A stretch of 64,000 nt of DNA from Candidatus Magasanikiibacteriota bacterium (GCA_041665025.1 JBAYJP010000001.1:211996-275995), one strand, 5' to 3'. Positions 19,095 to 28,898 are shown, numbered from the stretch's first letter. Notes: generated by a model from the letters alone, not told the origin. Translations and numbers: made by a program.

Positions 19095-19841
19095 TTATTT
19101 CAAAGCATTACGAATAAGAGACAAAAACGAATCAGCCTTTGTTGACGCATTTCCTACGAGGACACCATCCACATTTTTTTGTGATATATACGAGTTGATA
19201 TTTTCTGCATTCACACTTCCTCCGTATAAGACGGGAATCTCAGTGCTAATATAATTTTTAAGCTCTAACTTGATAAGCGTATGCATGTCTACAGCGTCCG
19301 CAGGAGTGCAGGGTTGGCCTACCCCGGCCTTTGAAATAGCCCATACTGGTTCATAGGCAACAATTAATTCTTTGTGACTTAATTCCAATCCTTCAAGCGC
19401 TTTCATGAGTTGCTTTTTTATTCTATATATTGCTTTATCTGTGTCTCTGTCTTCTTTTGTTTCTCCAATACAAAGTACGGCAGTCATACCTGCATCAAAA
19501 CAAGCTTCTAGTTTTTTTCTCACTTGATCGTTGTCTTCATTAAACACATGTCTACGTTCAGAGTGGCCGACAAGCACGTATTCTGCGCCTTCCTCTTTGA
19601 ACATTTCAGCAGATATTTCGCCGGTATATGCGCCTCTGGGAAACCACGTTATATTTTGTGCTCCACAAGCTAGGACACCATCTGCCAGCACATCTGCGAC
19701 ATCGCCAAATGCAAGTGTGTTCGGAAACACCGCATATGAAAAATCATGATGAGTTTCCACTTCATGTTTCAATTGCTTCGCAAGAGCAATGCTTTCTTCG
19801 ACATTCAAGTACATTTTCCAGTTGCCAAATATATACTTCAT
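19095..19841 (-). CDS. tpiA: Triosephosphate isomerase
   Basis: GNWKM, GHSERR, AYEPVWAI, YGGSV. Confidence 0.98.
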   Translation of the reverse strand: MKYIFGNWKMYLNVEESIALAKQLKHEVETHHDFSYAVFPNTLAFGDVADVLADGVLACGAQNITWFPRGAYTGEISAEMFKEEGAEYVLVGHSERRHVFNEDNDQVRKKLEACFDAGMTAVLCIGETKEDRDTDKAIYRIKKQLMKALEGLELSHKELIVAYEPVWAISKAGVGQPCTPADAVDMHTLIKLELKNYISTEIPVLYGGSVNAENINSYISQKNVDGVLVGNASTKADSFLSLIRNALK

Positions 19842-19842
19842 A

Positions 19843-19900
19843 ATTTCTAATTTATAATTTTAAATTTCAAAACAATTTAAAAATTATTTAATTTAAAATT
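19843..19900. repeat. AATTTnn heptamer arm
   Basis: AATTTCT AATTTAT AATTTTA AATTTCA AAACAATT, same layout as 34325 and 49591. Confidence 0.65.
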
Positions 19901-21159
19901 TAAAATTTAATCTTCCCTGCGTCAATATCCCCAATTACCGCCACTCTTATCTTATTAAAATCAAACACCTCACGCGCAACGCGTATGATATCATCATTAC
20001 TCACCATGTCAACTTTTTTGAGCCAGTCGTTAGGCGTTTCTATCGTATCAAAAAACATAGCTTCACGCGCATAATAACTTGCCTGAGCGCTTGAATCTTC
20101 CAAGGCCAACGTCAATGCTCCTCTTGTGTGGGTCTTTGCGTCTTGAAGTTCTTTGGACATAATACCTTTATTACATATTTTTTCAATCTCTACCTTCATG
20201 ACGTCTACGGCTTTGTTAATATTTTTTGCTTCAAGTCCTGCACGCACAAATACATATCCTGAATCGCGAAACGTTTCTGCTCCACTCCTAATAGTATATG
20301 CAAGGCCTCGGCGTTCACGGATTTGGATAAACAAACGCGAACTCATTGAGCCTCCAAGCACGGTATTCATAACTCCGAGCGCAGGTATGCGCGTGTCAGT
20401 ATGATTAAATCCAGGAAATCCGAGCATGAGCTGAGACTGGTCAGTCTTTTTCTGGTGCACTTCAATACGATCTTTTTTTACACTGCTTCCATATGAAGCC
20501 TTATCAAATAGTCTCGATGCTTTCTTTTGGTTTGATGCTCTGCCAAAATATTCTTCCACAATTTGCTTTGTCTTTTCATTCACATTGCCTGCCGCCACAA
20601 CGAGCATATTATGTGGCTGATAATACGTATCTCGGTAATGCAACACATCTTCACGCTTAAATCCCATAACGTGCTTTTCTGTACCTGCGATATCCCTACC
20701 TAAATGCGATCCACGATACATGAGTTCTTCAAATGCGTTGTCGATATACAACAGCGGATTATCTTTATACATGCGGATTTCTTCGACAATCACGGTTTTT
20801 TCTCTTTGTATCTCTTTCACATCGTACAGCGAATTAAATAGCATATCAGACAAAATATCGCACGATGTTTCTAAAAAATTCACGTCAGTCTTGATATAAT
20901 ACCCGGTATATTCTTTGCTCGTAAATGCATTATATTCCGCACCGAGTCTATCAATCTCGCGTGTCAACTTCAATGTCGAAGGACGTTTTGTTGTACCCTT
21001 AAACATGAGATGTTCGATATAATGAGAAACGCCATTCATCTTTTCTGTTTCATAGCGTGACCCTACTGGAAACATGACTAACAATGTCACTGATTGGGAG
21101 TCTTTGAGAGGGATAAGAATTACCTGGGCTTTATTGTGGAGAGTATAATTTTGAAACAT
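19900..21159 (-). CDS. M16 family zinc peptidase
   Basis: HYIEHLMFKGT, NAFTSKE, SSRLFIQIRERRGLAY; start taken at MFQNY. Confidence 0.93.
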   Translation of the reverse strand: MFQNYTLHNKAQVILIPLKDSQSVTLLVMFPVGSRYETEKMNGVSHYIEHLMFKGTTKRPSTLKLTREIDRLGAEYNAFTSKEYTGYYIKTDVNFLETSCDILSDMLFNSLYDVKEIQREKTVIVEEIRMYKDNPLLYIDNAFEELMYRGSHLGRDIAGTEKHVMGFKREDVLHYRDTYYQPHNMLVVAAGNVNEKTKQIVEEYFGRASNQKKASRLFDKASYGSSVKKDRIEVHQKKTDQSQLMLGFPGFNHTDTRIPALGVMNTVLGGSMSSRLFIQIRERRGLAYTIRSGAETFRDSGYVFVRAGLEAKNINKAVDVMKVEIEKICNKGIMSKELQDAKTHTRGALTLALEDSSAQASYYAREAMFFDTIETPNDWLKKVDMVSNDDIIRVAREVFDFNKIRVAVIGDIDAGKIKF

Positions 21160-21166
21160 AATGTTA

Positions 21167-21424
21167 TTATTTTCTTTTGTCAGGTGAATGATAATTTGCC
21201 TCTGGGTTTGGTTCAAAAGGGTCTCCATCTTTAAACCTAGCATGAAAACAATTACGACAATCTGGATTAGCTACTTTTCCACATTCAGGACACGCAAGCA
21301 CGCCATTCGCATCAGGCCTAGGAATAGCACCGCCTTCGCGAGGTCTTTCATCTTGAATTTGTCTGTCAAGACCAGCCTCCTCACGTCGGCTAGTTATTCT
21401 CTCGATGTCTTCCAGCCTAGTCAT
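21167..21424 (-). CDS. Small zinc-ribbon hypothetical protein
   Basis: CPECGK...CRNC; fills the gap between glyS and the M16 gene. Confidence 0.65.
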   Translation of the reverse strand: MTRLEDIERITSRREEAGLDRQIQDERPREGGAIPRPDANGVLACPECGKVANPDCRNCFHARFKDGDPFEPNPEANYHSPDKRK

Positions 21425-21428
21425 AAAT

Positions 21429-22772
21429 TTAATTAAACTTCTCATTTAAATAATCTCTCAACTCGCTCATTTCAATTCTCTCCTGCACCATCGTATCTCT
21501 ATCCCTCACCGTAACTTTTTTATCTTCAAGAGAATCAAAATCAACCGTCACACAATATGGCGTACCGATCTCGTCTTGTCTACGATAACGTTTGCCAATA
21601 CTTTGTGTTTCATCATAATCAACCATAAAATCTTTTCTCAAATCATTTGCAATCTGGCGTGCAACTGATGAAAGTTCTTCTTTTTTGGATAATGGCAATA
21701 TGGCAACTTGAACAGGTGCCAAGTGCTTGGGGAATTTCATCACCACACGTGCTTCAGTTTCTCCTTCTTTTGCAGTTGGAGCTTCCTCTTCAGTATACGC
21801 TTCAAGCAATGAGACAAGTAACATACGATCAATACCAAAAGTTGGCTCGATCACATGAGGCAAAAACTTCTCATTTGTTTCAGGGTCTTGGTACGTCAAA
21901 TCTTGTCCGCTCACTTCCTGATGGCGCGTTAAATCAAAATCAGTACGATACGCGATACCATGCAATTCTTTCACGCCAAATGGATATTTGTATTCAATAT
22001 CAACGGTCCGCTTACTATAATGTGCGCGTTCACCATCGGGAATTTCATGCCAAACTAAATTATCCATGTTGATCTGCATAATATCTTTCCACCAGCGTTT
22101 GATTTCATCCAGCCACATCTCAAAAGTTTTTTCCCAATTTTCCGGTTTGATAAAATATTCAAACTCGCCTATTTCAAATTCACGCGTGCGAAAAATAAAA
22201 TTACCTGGCGTAATTTCATTGCGAAAACATTTGCCAATCTGGGCAATACCAAACGGCAATCTGCGTCTCGTAACATTTAAAATATTTTTAAAATTGACAA
22301 ACATACCACCCGCGGTTTCTGGACGCAAATATGCAGTCGTCGATGTATCTTCATTTGTTCCAATAAATGTCTTGAACATGAGGTTAAAATTTTTGGGTTC
22401 AGTAAATGTACCTCCGCAATCAGGACATGTTAATTTTGAAACATCTTGTCCTTCAGTATAGTCTGGAAGCTGGTCAAATCTAAATCGATGGTGACATTTC
22501 TTGCACTCAACCAACTGATCAGTAAAATTCTGCAAATGACCCGACGCTTCCCATGCCTTGGGATTCATAATAATAGCGCTGTCGAGTGGAACCATATCTT
22601 CACGTTCTTGTACAAAAAATTTCCACCACGCTTTTTTGATGTTTTGTTTTAGGGCATGACCAAGAGGACCATAGTCCCAGCTATTGGCTAATCCGCCATA
22701 GATTTCACTACCAGGGAATATAAAACCCCTGCGCTTTGCGAGTGAGGTTACTTTATCTAGTAAGTTTTCCAT
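21429..22772 (-). CDS. glyS: Glycine--tRNA ligase, homodimeric type
   Basis: RRGFIFPGSEIYGG, LRPETA, FRNEITP, IGKRYRRQDEIGTP. Confidence 0.98.
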   Translation of the reverse strand: MENLLDKVTSLAKRRGFIFPGSEIYGGLANSWDYGPLGHALKQNIKKAWWKFFVQEREDMVPLDSAIIMNPKAWEASGHLQNFTDQLVECKKCHHRFRFDQLPDYTEGQDVSKLTCPDCGGTFTEPKNFNLMFKTFIGTNEDTSTTAYLRPETAGGMFVNFKNILNVTRRRLPFGIAQIGKCFRNEITPGNFIFRTREFEIGEFEYFIKPENWEKTFEMWLDEIKRWWKDIMQINMDNLVWHEIPDGERAHYSKRTVDIEYKYPFGVKELHGIAYRTDFDLTRHQEVSGQDLTYQDPETNEKFLPHVIEPTFGIDRMLLVSLLEAYTEEEAPTAKEGETEARVVMKFPKHLAPVQVAILPLSKKEELSSVARQIANDLRKDFMVDYDETQSIGKRYRRQDEIGTPYCVTVDFDSLEDKKVTVRDRDTMVQERIEMSELRDYLNEKFN

Positions 22773-22805
22773 ATGTGGTATGAATTATAACAGAGTTTTT
22801 TGAAT

Positions 22806-22982
22806 AAAAAAAGACCGCAAAAACGGTCTTGGGTCGCGTGGTCAGGTGACTTTACGCGAGGTTCCACCCAAGTTCCCTGGTTTACCCAGGACTCTTTATG
22901 TAGCAAACTCGCTTTGTGCGTGTTAGTCAGCGTAAGTCTGCGTTTTTGCCACCTCCACGGTTGCCTAGACCGCTTCATTGGT
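22806..22982 (-). promoter_or_regulatory. T-box riboswitch leader with terminator
   Basis: Minus strand AACTTGGGTGGAACC, downstream GACCCAAG antiterminator partner, AAGACCG..CGGTCTTTTTTT terminator, GGC triplets in the 5' part; upstream of GlyRS. Confidence 0.8.
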
Positions 22983-23038
22983 GGTAGTATTAGAGTATCT
23001 CTTTTTTAGAAATAAGTCAACTAAATAAACAAAACTGT

Positions 23039-23575
23039 ATGACAAAACCACTAATATATATTAAGGAAAGGATCGGAAACAACAAGAGGTCATTTGTAAT
23101 TATAAACCCTTTTACAGGCAGAGGTATCCCAATAAACCATAAACTTGTACAAAAAAAATGCAAGGAGTTAGTGTCAAAACTAAAATTAGACGACATTGAT
23201 TACATATTAGGATTTTGTGAACAAGGAATCGTACCCGCATATACTATTGCTTTTTTAACAAAAATACCATTTATCAGCTCAACACGCACTAGACTAAATG
23301 ATCATACTGAAATCCATTTTGTTGAAGAACATTCGATGTTTCCAAATCAGTACATTTATGGACTAAAGAAAGGAGATAAGGTTGCAATAATAGAGGATGA
23401 AATCACTACAGGAAAAACTCTCTGCAACGCTATAACTTCCCTACACCAAAAAGGAGTGGAAGTTAAGGAGGTTGGAGCCTTAATCATGACCAGCGACACC
23501 AATAATCTTGGTAAATTAAAAAAACAGGCAATAAATCCAAAATATATTTTCACAAAAGAGGATATAATCTTCTAA
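23039..23575 (+). CDS. Type I phosphoribosyltransferase (Apt/Xpt-like)
   Basis: VAIIEDEITTGKT PRPP-binding loop. Confidence 0.85.
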   Translation: MTKPLIYIKERIGNNKRSFVIINPFTGRGIPINHKLVQKKCKELVSKLKLDDIDYILGFCEQGIVPAYTIAFLTKIPFISSTRTRLNDHTEIHFVEEHSMFPNQYIYGLKKGDKVAIIEDEITTGKTLCNAITSLHQKGVEVKEVGALIMTSDTNNLGKLKKQAINPKYIFTKEDIIF

Positions 23576-23600
23576 AAAATATTTTTAAAGAACGTAATAT

Positions 23601-24038
23601 TTATCTTTCCAACACAAACGTCACCGGTCCGTCATTCACTAATTCAACTTTCATATACGCGGCAAACTGTCCGGTTTCGACATGAATACCAGTTTGTTTT
23701 AATTTTTCTACAAAATATTCATATAACCTCTTTGCTTCATCTGGCGGAGCAGCCGCATCAAATCCGGGTCTATTCCCATCCCAGCAATTTCCATAGAGCG
23801 TAAATTGTGATACTGCAAGAATACTACCGCCTGCGTCTTTAATATTTTTATTCATTTTTCCTTGTTCATCTTCAAAAATCCGCAGCTTAATGATTTTATC
23901 TACCAATTTGTCCGCGTGCGCCTCACTATCCCCTTTTCCAATACCTATTAACAACAATAAGCCGTTGGAAATACTCCCAACGACTTTGTTTTCTATTTCT
24001 ACTTTTGATTGTGTAACCCGCTGTAAAACAATTTTCAT
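23601..24038 (-). CDS. dtd: D-aminoacyl-tRNA deacylase
   Basis: LQRV, SQFTL, GNRPGF, NDGPVT. Confidence 0.97.
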   Translation of the reverse strand: MKIVLQRVTQSKVEIENKVVGSISNGLLLLIGIGKGDSEAHADKLVDKIIKLRIFEDEQGKMNKNIKDAGGSILAVSQFTLYGNCWDGNRPGFDAAAPPDEAKRLYEYFVEKLKQTGIHVETGQFAAYMKVELVNDGPVTFVLER

Positions 24039-24045
24039 ATTTCAC

Positions 24046-24080
24046 TTTCGTAATTTCGTATCTTTTCGTATTTCGTATAT
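24046..24080. repeat. TTCGTA-family single arm
   Basis: TTTCGTAATTTCGTATCTTTTCGTATTTCGTATAT. Confidence 0.8.
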
Positions 24081-24083
24081 AAC

Positions 24084-24635
24084 TTATACTGTCGTAATTT
24101 CACGTTCCTTATCTTCTCCGATCACTTTCAGCTTATCATTATATTCTTTCACCAATTTCTCAAGTTCATCTTGCATTCTAAATTTGTCATCTTCTGCAAT
24201 TTCTTTATCTTTTTCTTTTTTGTCAATATCTTTTCTAATTTCTTCACGAATATTACGCACACTCACACGAGCTTGTTCAAGTTTTTGATGTAGTACTTTG
24301 ATGAGTTCTTGTCGACGTTCTTGAGTAAGATCTGGCAGTGGCAAACGGATAAGCTTGCCGTCATTGACTGGATTGATACCGAGATTTGAAGCGCGCAGTC
24401 CGCTCTCAATCGCCTGCGTAAGACTCTTGTCCCATGGATCAATATTCAATGTCTTGGCATCTGCAACAGAAATAGAAGCAACAGCTTTGAGAGGCTGGCG
24501 TACACCATACGCTTCTACCACGACATCTTCAACAAGCGCAGGAGTTGCTCGGCCCGTACGCAAATTTGAAATCTCATGTTTAAGATGCTCTATAATCTTA
24601 TTAAATTCCTCCTTGTTTTGTGTGATGAAATCCAT
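24084..24635 (-). CDS. frr: Ribosome recycling factor
   Basis: LRTGRA, PDLTQERR, RVSVRNIR. Confidence 0.98.
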   Translation of the reverse strand: MDFITQNKEEFNKIIEHLKHEISNLRTGRATPALVEDVVVEAYGVRQPLKAVASISVADAKTLNIDPWDKSLTQAIESGLRASNLGINPVNDGKLIRLPLPDLTQERRQELIKVLHQKLEQARVSVRNIREEIRKDIDKKEKDKEIAEDDKFRMQDELEKLVKEYNDKLKVIGEDKEREITTV

Positions 24636-24640
24636 AAACC

Positions 24641-24805
24641 AAAGTTAATAAAGTATAAAGTTCTCAGTTATAAAGTTTCGACGAATTGTTATATTATTGT
24701 ATTATTTTACAATCTTGATGTCTATTATTTCTATATCTCTATTTATCTCAATGTATCTCAAATTATTTTAATCTTCTAATCTTGCAATCTTTTAATCTTA
24801 AATCT
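24641..24805. repeat. Cluster of different periodic arms (AAAGTT, TATCTC, TAATCTTn)
   Basis: AAAGTATAAAGTTCTCAGTTATAAAGTTTCG; TAATCTTC TAATCTTG CAATCTTT TAATCTTA. Confidence 0.7.
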
Positions 24806-24858
24806 GACACTTCTATTAAAATAATTTGCTAATTTCCACAAACATTTCCGCTTCGACG

Positions 24859-25950
24859 TTACTCCTTCGGCGGAATCGTGTACCCGAGATATATCCAGCT
24901 ATCTTTTTCTGGATGGACGTACAACACCGTTGGTATTTGCTGTGAAGGAAGTTTGCGCGTTTCCCAGGTCTTGCCACCGTCAGCACTGCGATAAAATGTC
25001 GAACGGTTGTCTAGCGTGCCGGTATAATATACTTCTTTATCATTTTTTGGATTAATTGCAAATCCATAGATATCTACACTCCCCGGAGGAGTAACCAAAT
25101 TAATTGCTTCCCACTCTTCTCCGGCATTGCGTGATGTTATCACACCATATTCAGAAATCCAATATATTTGTTCTGCTTTTTGAGGATGTAAATACAATCG
25201 GCGAAATTCAAGCGAACCAGGAAATCCGCTAAATCTATCTTTCAAATTTTCCCAACTAGCACCGCTATCTCTGGTTCGAAAGAGACCAGAATCTCTGGTC
25301 GCTACGTAGAGCAGACCTTCTTTATTATTATCAAATGAGATTTGCTGAAGTTTGTTACCAAAACGATTTGCCACGAGCCAATTTTTGCCCATGTCTTCAC
25401 TCTTGAGCAAATCCCCATTATCCTCAGACATATATATGTGCGTTGTCTTGAACGGATCAAATGCTACAGATGTAATAGCGTCAGACGCCCGAGCCTCACG
25501 AAAAATTTCAGTCCATGACCGCGCACAGTCGTCGGATTTAAATACCTGGCGTCCATTGGTAGCCACAAACGTACATTTATCTTTTGGATGAACAGAAAGA
25601 CTATACAAAAATCCCAAATTAAATGGCTCTACTGAATGCGCCCATGATCTTCCTTCATCAAAACTATAAAAAAGTCCTTGTTCCCGTGATGCCCAATACA
25701 AAGCCTTGTTATCTTGAGGATCGGTAAACAAACGATACACTGAGACGCTCGTAAGCTGTTTGACCCCGTCTACGGCTGGCATTGCTGACAACTGTTTCCA
25801 TGTTTCCCCTTTATCAATACTTAAGAAAAATCCAGCAGGTCCCGATGTCTTTGTTCCACCTGACCCATCAAGAGAAATACAGCTCTGACCCATGGTGACG
25901 ACAGCCATGAGCAACACGCTAAACGTTATGAAATATTTTTTGGTGCGCAT
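24859..25950 (-). CDS. BNR/Asp-box beta-propeller lipoprotein (Ycf48/sialidase-like)
   Basis: Repeated SxDxGxTW motifs; MGQSC lipobox-like sequence. Confidence 0.85.
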   Translation of the reverse strand: MRTKKYFITFSVLLMAVVTMGQSCISLDGSGGTKTSGPAGFFLSIDKGETWKQLSAMPAVDGVKQLTSVSVYRLFTDPQDNKALYWASREQGLFYSFDEGRSWAHSVEPFNLGFLYSLSVHPKDKCTFVATNGRQVFKSDDCARSWTEIFREARASDAITSVAFDPFKTTHIYMSEDNGDLLKSEDMGKNWLVANRFGNKLQQISFDNNKEGLLYVATRDSGLFRTRDSGASWENLKDRFSGFPGSLEFRRLYLHPQKAEQIYWISEYGVITSRNAGEEWEAINLVTPPGSVDIYGFAINPKNDKEVYYTGTLDNRSTFYRSADGGKTWETRKLPSQQIPTVLYVHPEKDSWIYLGYTIPPKE

Positions 25951-25962
25951 ATATTGTTTATT

Positions 25963-26073
25963 AAAATCAAAACTCAAAATTCAAAGTTCAAATCTATATC
26001 TTAAAACTTAAAATTGTAAAAAGATTTTAGTTTTAAGTTCCAATTTTGAATTTTGAGATTTGATTTTTGAATT
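25963..26073. repeat. CAAAAnT heptamer inverted repeat
   Basis: AAAATCA AAACTCA AAATTCA AAGTTCA ... TTTTGAA TTTTGAG ATTTGAT TTTTGAA. Confidence 0.85.
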
Positions 26074-26117
26074 AATACTCTTAAACTTTTATTAACAAAA
26101 TGGTTAAAATGTGTGAT

Positions 26118-27032
26118 TCACGGCAACTGTAACAAAATATGCTCCGTCAACAACCGTGGATGAATATTTTCTTCCAAATATTTCCGCGCTTTACTAATAT
26201 CATCTGAAACCGAAATAATCGTCTTATCACTCAAATTTGAATTACCCTCACGCGCCATTTGATTCAGTTCAATTTGCCAAATAGACAATACATCTTGCAA
26301 ACGTTCACGCGCTTTTATGTGATCTTCTTTGTCTCCAAATAATTTCTCAACTATGCTCAATTTTTCATAAAACGGCTTTCGGAGCAATCCTTTAAATCGA
26401 TTAATTTCTTGCTTATATATCTCAAAAGATTCAGCATCATTCGCCCATTCCCATGCCTTACCTGGAATGCCCTGGCAATACTCTGTAAGTTCTTGTGCTC
26501 TATCTGGCTCAATAACATTTTTTTCAAGCCATGACGCGATTTTTCTTTGATTTACTAACGAAAAATAAAAAAGCTGGCAACGCGAACGAATAGTCCCAAG
26601 CAATTCTTTTTCATTTTGTGTAATAAGAAAAATAACTGTCTTGCCGCGCGGTTCTTCCAAAGTTTTTAAAAGTGCGTTTGATGCGGCAGTACTCAAAAAT
26701 TCTGCATGGTCAACAATGGCAACACGATATCCACCAGGCAAAAAAGATGTTTGGGATAATTGTGAAATAGCACTGCGTACTTGCTCAATACTAATATCTT
26801 TTTTTAATTTTTCGGTTTTTTCATCTACTATGCGTTCAACTACTATATAGTCAGGATGCATTTGGATTTTGTCGCGTGTAGTTTTGAGAAGCCGAGCAGC
26901 TAACTCTTGGGCCACTGTAAATTTTCCTACGCGCCCTGGACCGCAAAAACAATAGGCGTGGCCTAAATTGCCGTTTTGTATGACATTATCAAAAAAAGAA
27001 AGGATGTTATCATGTCCCACGATGTCGTGCAT
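26118..27032 (-). CDS. holB: DNA polymerase III delta-prime subunit
   Basis: HAYCFCGPGRVGK, HPD, NALLKTLEEP, TIRSRCQ. Confidence 0.93.
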   Translation of the reverse strand: MHDIVGHDNILSFFDNVIQNGNLGHAYCFCGPGRVGKFTVAQELAARLLKTTRDKIQMHPDYIVVERIVDEKTEKLKKDISIEQVRSAISQLSQTSFLPGGYRVAIVDHAEFLSTAASNALLKTLEEPRGKTVIFLITQNEKELLGTIRSRCQLFYFSLVNQRKIASWLEKNVIEPDRAQELTEYCQGIPGKAWEWANDAESFEIYKQEINRFKGLLRKPFYEKLSIVEKLFGDKEDHIKARERLQDVLSIWQIELNQMAREGNSNLSDKTIISVSDDISKARKYLEENIHPRLLTEHILLQLP

Positions 27033-27060
27033 ATATGCTTAGTGTAGCATAATTGGGTTT

Positions 27061-27113
27061 AAGAGACAAGAAACAAGATACAAATAAAATCTCAATTTCC
27101 AATTTTCAAAATA
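27061..27113. repeat. Single arm of the four-helix-bundle inverted-repeat family
   Basis: CAAGAAA CAAGATA CAAATAA AATCT CAATTTC CAATTTT. Confidence 0.8.
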
Positions 27114-27201
27114 TTCACAGCCAGCCCTTGACGTCTCTCTCTCTCTTTGCTAGGGTTACATATCGCACTTGTCCTGGTGCGATGGAACAAGGAGACAGAG
27201 G

Positions 27202-27420
27202 ATGAAGCGCGAAGTTTCACCGACGGACTTCACAGCAGTGCTTGAGTACGAACCTCAGGAGGCAGCCGAAGCCGAAGCCGAGGCGGCAATGCTCAAGGCT
27301 GAAGGATGGAGGGTTCTCCTCCGTGAACCGACTGTCGACGGCAAAAGGAGACGCGCGGTGTTGGTCCCGGAGTGCACCGAGCTGACCGCGATCCGGTGGT
27401 TCAAAGAGAACAAGCACTAG
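27202..27420 (+). CDS. Small GC-rich hypothetical protein
   Basis: AAGGAG RBS, promoter TTGACG-17-TAGGGT at 27128-27156. Confidence 0.6.
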   Translation: MKREVSPTDFTAVLEYEPQEAAEAEAEAAMLKAEGWRVLLREPTVDGKRRRAVLVPECTELTAIRWFKENKH

Positions 27421-27569
27421 CTTCTCACCGCCTACAACAACCCACATCGACCTCCGCTCTCATCTACCTACCACGACACCCTCAGGGCGTCCTTCCTCCA
27501 GCGCCCGCGCATTGGTTATCTCTGCCTTCCAGCGGACATAGTCAGTGAAAATCGCTGGAGAGGAAAAAT

Positions 27570-27601
27570 AAAAATCACCCATGAAATTGGGTGATTTTTT
27601 T
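27570..27601. terminator. Bidirectional intrinsic terminator
   Basis: AAAAATCACCCA TGAAAT TGGGTGATTTTT. Confidence 0.8.
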
Positions 27602-27627
27602 ATAAAATGTATGGTGGTGATGCGATA

Positions 27628-27745
27628 CAACCTACCCTCCATCTCCCTCCCTTACTAGGGAGGGAGAGCCCACTTATATATCTAAATCAAACATTTTAGG
27701 GCGTCCCTCCTCCATTTGTAAGGGAGGAGGAAAGGAGGTAGGTTG
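27628..27745. repeat. Nested C/G-rich palindromic doublet
   Basis: Outer CAACCTACC...GGTAGGTTG; inner CTCCCTCCCT..AGGGAGGGAG and CCTCCTCC..GGAGGAGG. Confidence 0.75.
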
Positions 27746-27758
27746 CATTACAGAATCA

Positions 27759-28898
27759 TTAATCCATCAAAATCTCCAACGTCTCTCTCGCACACTTCTC
27801 CCACGAAAAATCTTTCACTCTTTCTAATCCTCTATTCACATTCTGCATTCTGCATTCTGCATTCTGCATTGCTTCACTAACTCCACGCGCAATATCCTCA
27901 ACACTCATCGGATCCACATACACGCATGCATCTCCCCCAACCTCTTCGAGGCTGTTTCCTTTTGACGCGACCACGGGTGTACCACAGGCCATGGACTCAA
28001 GCACGGGAAGTCCAAAACCTTCATACAAACTAGGAAAAACAAAAACTTCCGCCGCATTCAAAAGGTATGGCAAATCTTGTTCATCTACCCAACCTGGAGT
28101 GACAATGTCATGTTTAAAAACACTATTACTCAGAGTGTGTCTCACCTCTCCATAGCCATATCCTGGTTTACCAACAAGCAACAATTTCAGATTTTCAGTT
28201 TCTGATCCTAAAGTAGTTTTTAATTTATTAAATGCCTGGATGATTCGTGTGGTATTTTTCTTTTCTTCAAGTCTACCAACACTCATAATAAATGGCTTTT
28301 GAATTGAATATTTTTTCAATACCTTTTCAATACCTTTTTCATCTTCAATCTTTTTATATTTCTCATCATACCCATGTTGTACCACAAAAACCTTATCATT
28401 ATTCTGAATTCTCAAATCTGCATTCTGCAATTCTTCTTTTACAAATTTCGAGGGCACAATCACTTTCCACGCTCGTTTTAACGCATACCGCGCCGACCAA
28501 ACAGAATACCACCGCTCAAACCAATTGTACGACTCTGGAAATTTTATTGCGGCAGTATCGTGTATCACGGCTACTGTTTTTTTTGGATGAATCAACGGCA
28601 TGACATGCGCAGGAATAAACAATACATCTGGAGGATTTCTAAACATTTCCCAACTTAATCTGATTTGCGTCCACAATCTCTTTGGCCACCATGCGAGTAC
28701 TTTTTGTGTCCAATTCTCTGGTAACTCCACCAACTCTCCTTGTAAAGGTTTATCCGTATACAATACAAATTCAATTTCCTCCGTGGTCCCTATTCCCTGT
28801 TCCCTATTGTACATTTCTGTAATCACACGAAAGGCGTATTCTTCCACACCTGTTCGTTGCTCACCGTTTGCCCGTGACGCATCAATACCGATGATCAT
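27759..28898 (-). CDS. Glycosyltransferase family 4
   Basis: IGIDAS, VGRLEEKKN, FPSLYEGFGLPVLESMACG, FSWEKCA. Confidence 0.95.
   Translation of the reverse strand: MIIGIDASRANGEQRTGVEEYAFRVITEMYNREQGIGTTEEIEFVLYTDKPLQGELVELPENWTQKVLAWWPKRLWTQIRLSWEMFRNPPDVLFIPAHVMPLIHPKKTVAVIHDTAAIKFPESYNWFERWYSVWSARYALKRAWKVIVPSKFVKEELQNADLRIQNNDKVFVVQHGYDEKYKKIEDEKGIEKVLKKYSIQKPFIMSVGRLEEKKNTTRIIQAFNKLKTTLGSETENLKLLLVGKPGYGYGEVRHTLSNSVFKHDIVTPGWVDEQDLPYLLNAAEVFVFPSLYEGFGLPVLESMACGTPVVASKGNSLEEVGGDACVYVDPMSVEDIARGVSEAMQNAECRMQNVNRGLERVKDFSWEKCARETLEILMD

Noticed and set aside
27217-27642. Minus-strand ORFs over the GC-rich islet
   Set aside because: Promoter, RBS and codon pattern favour the plus-strand ORF at 27202.
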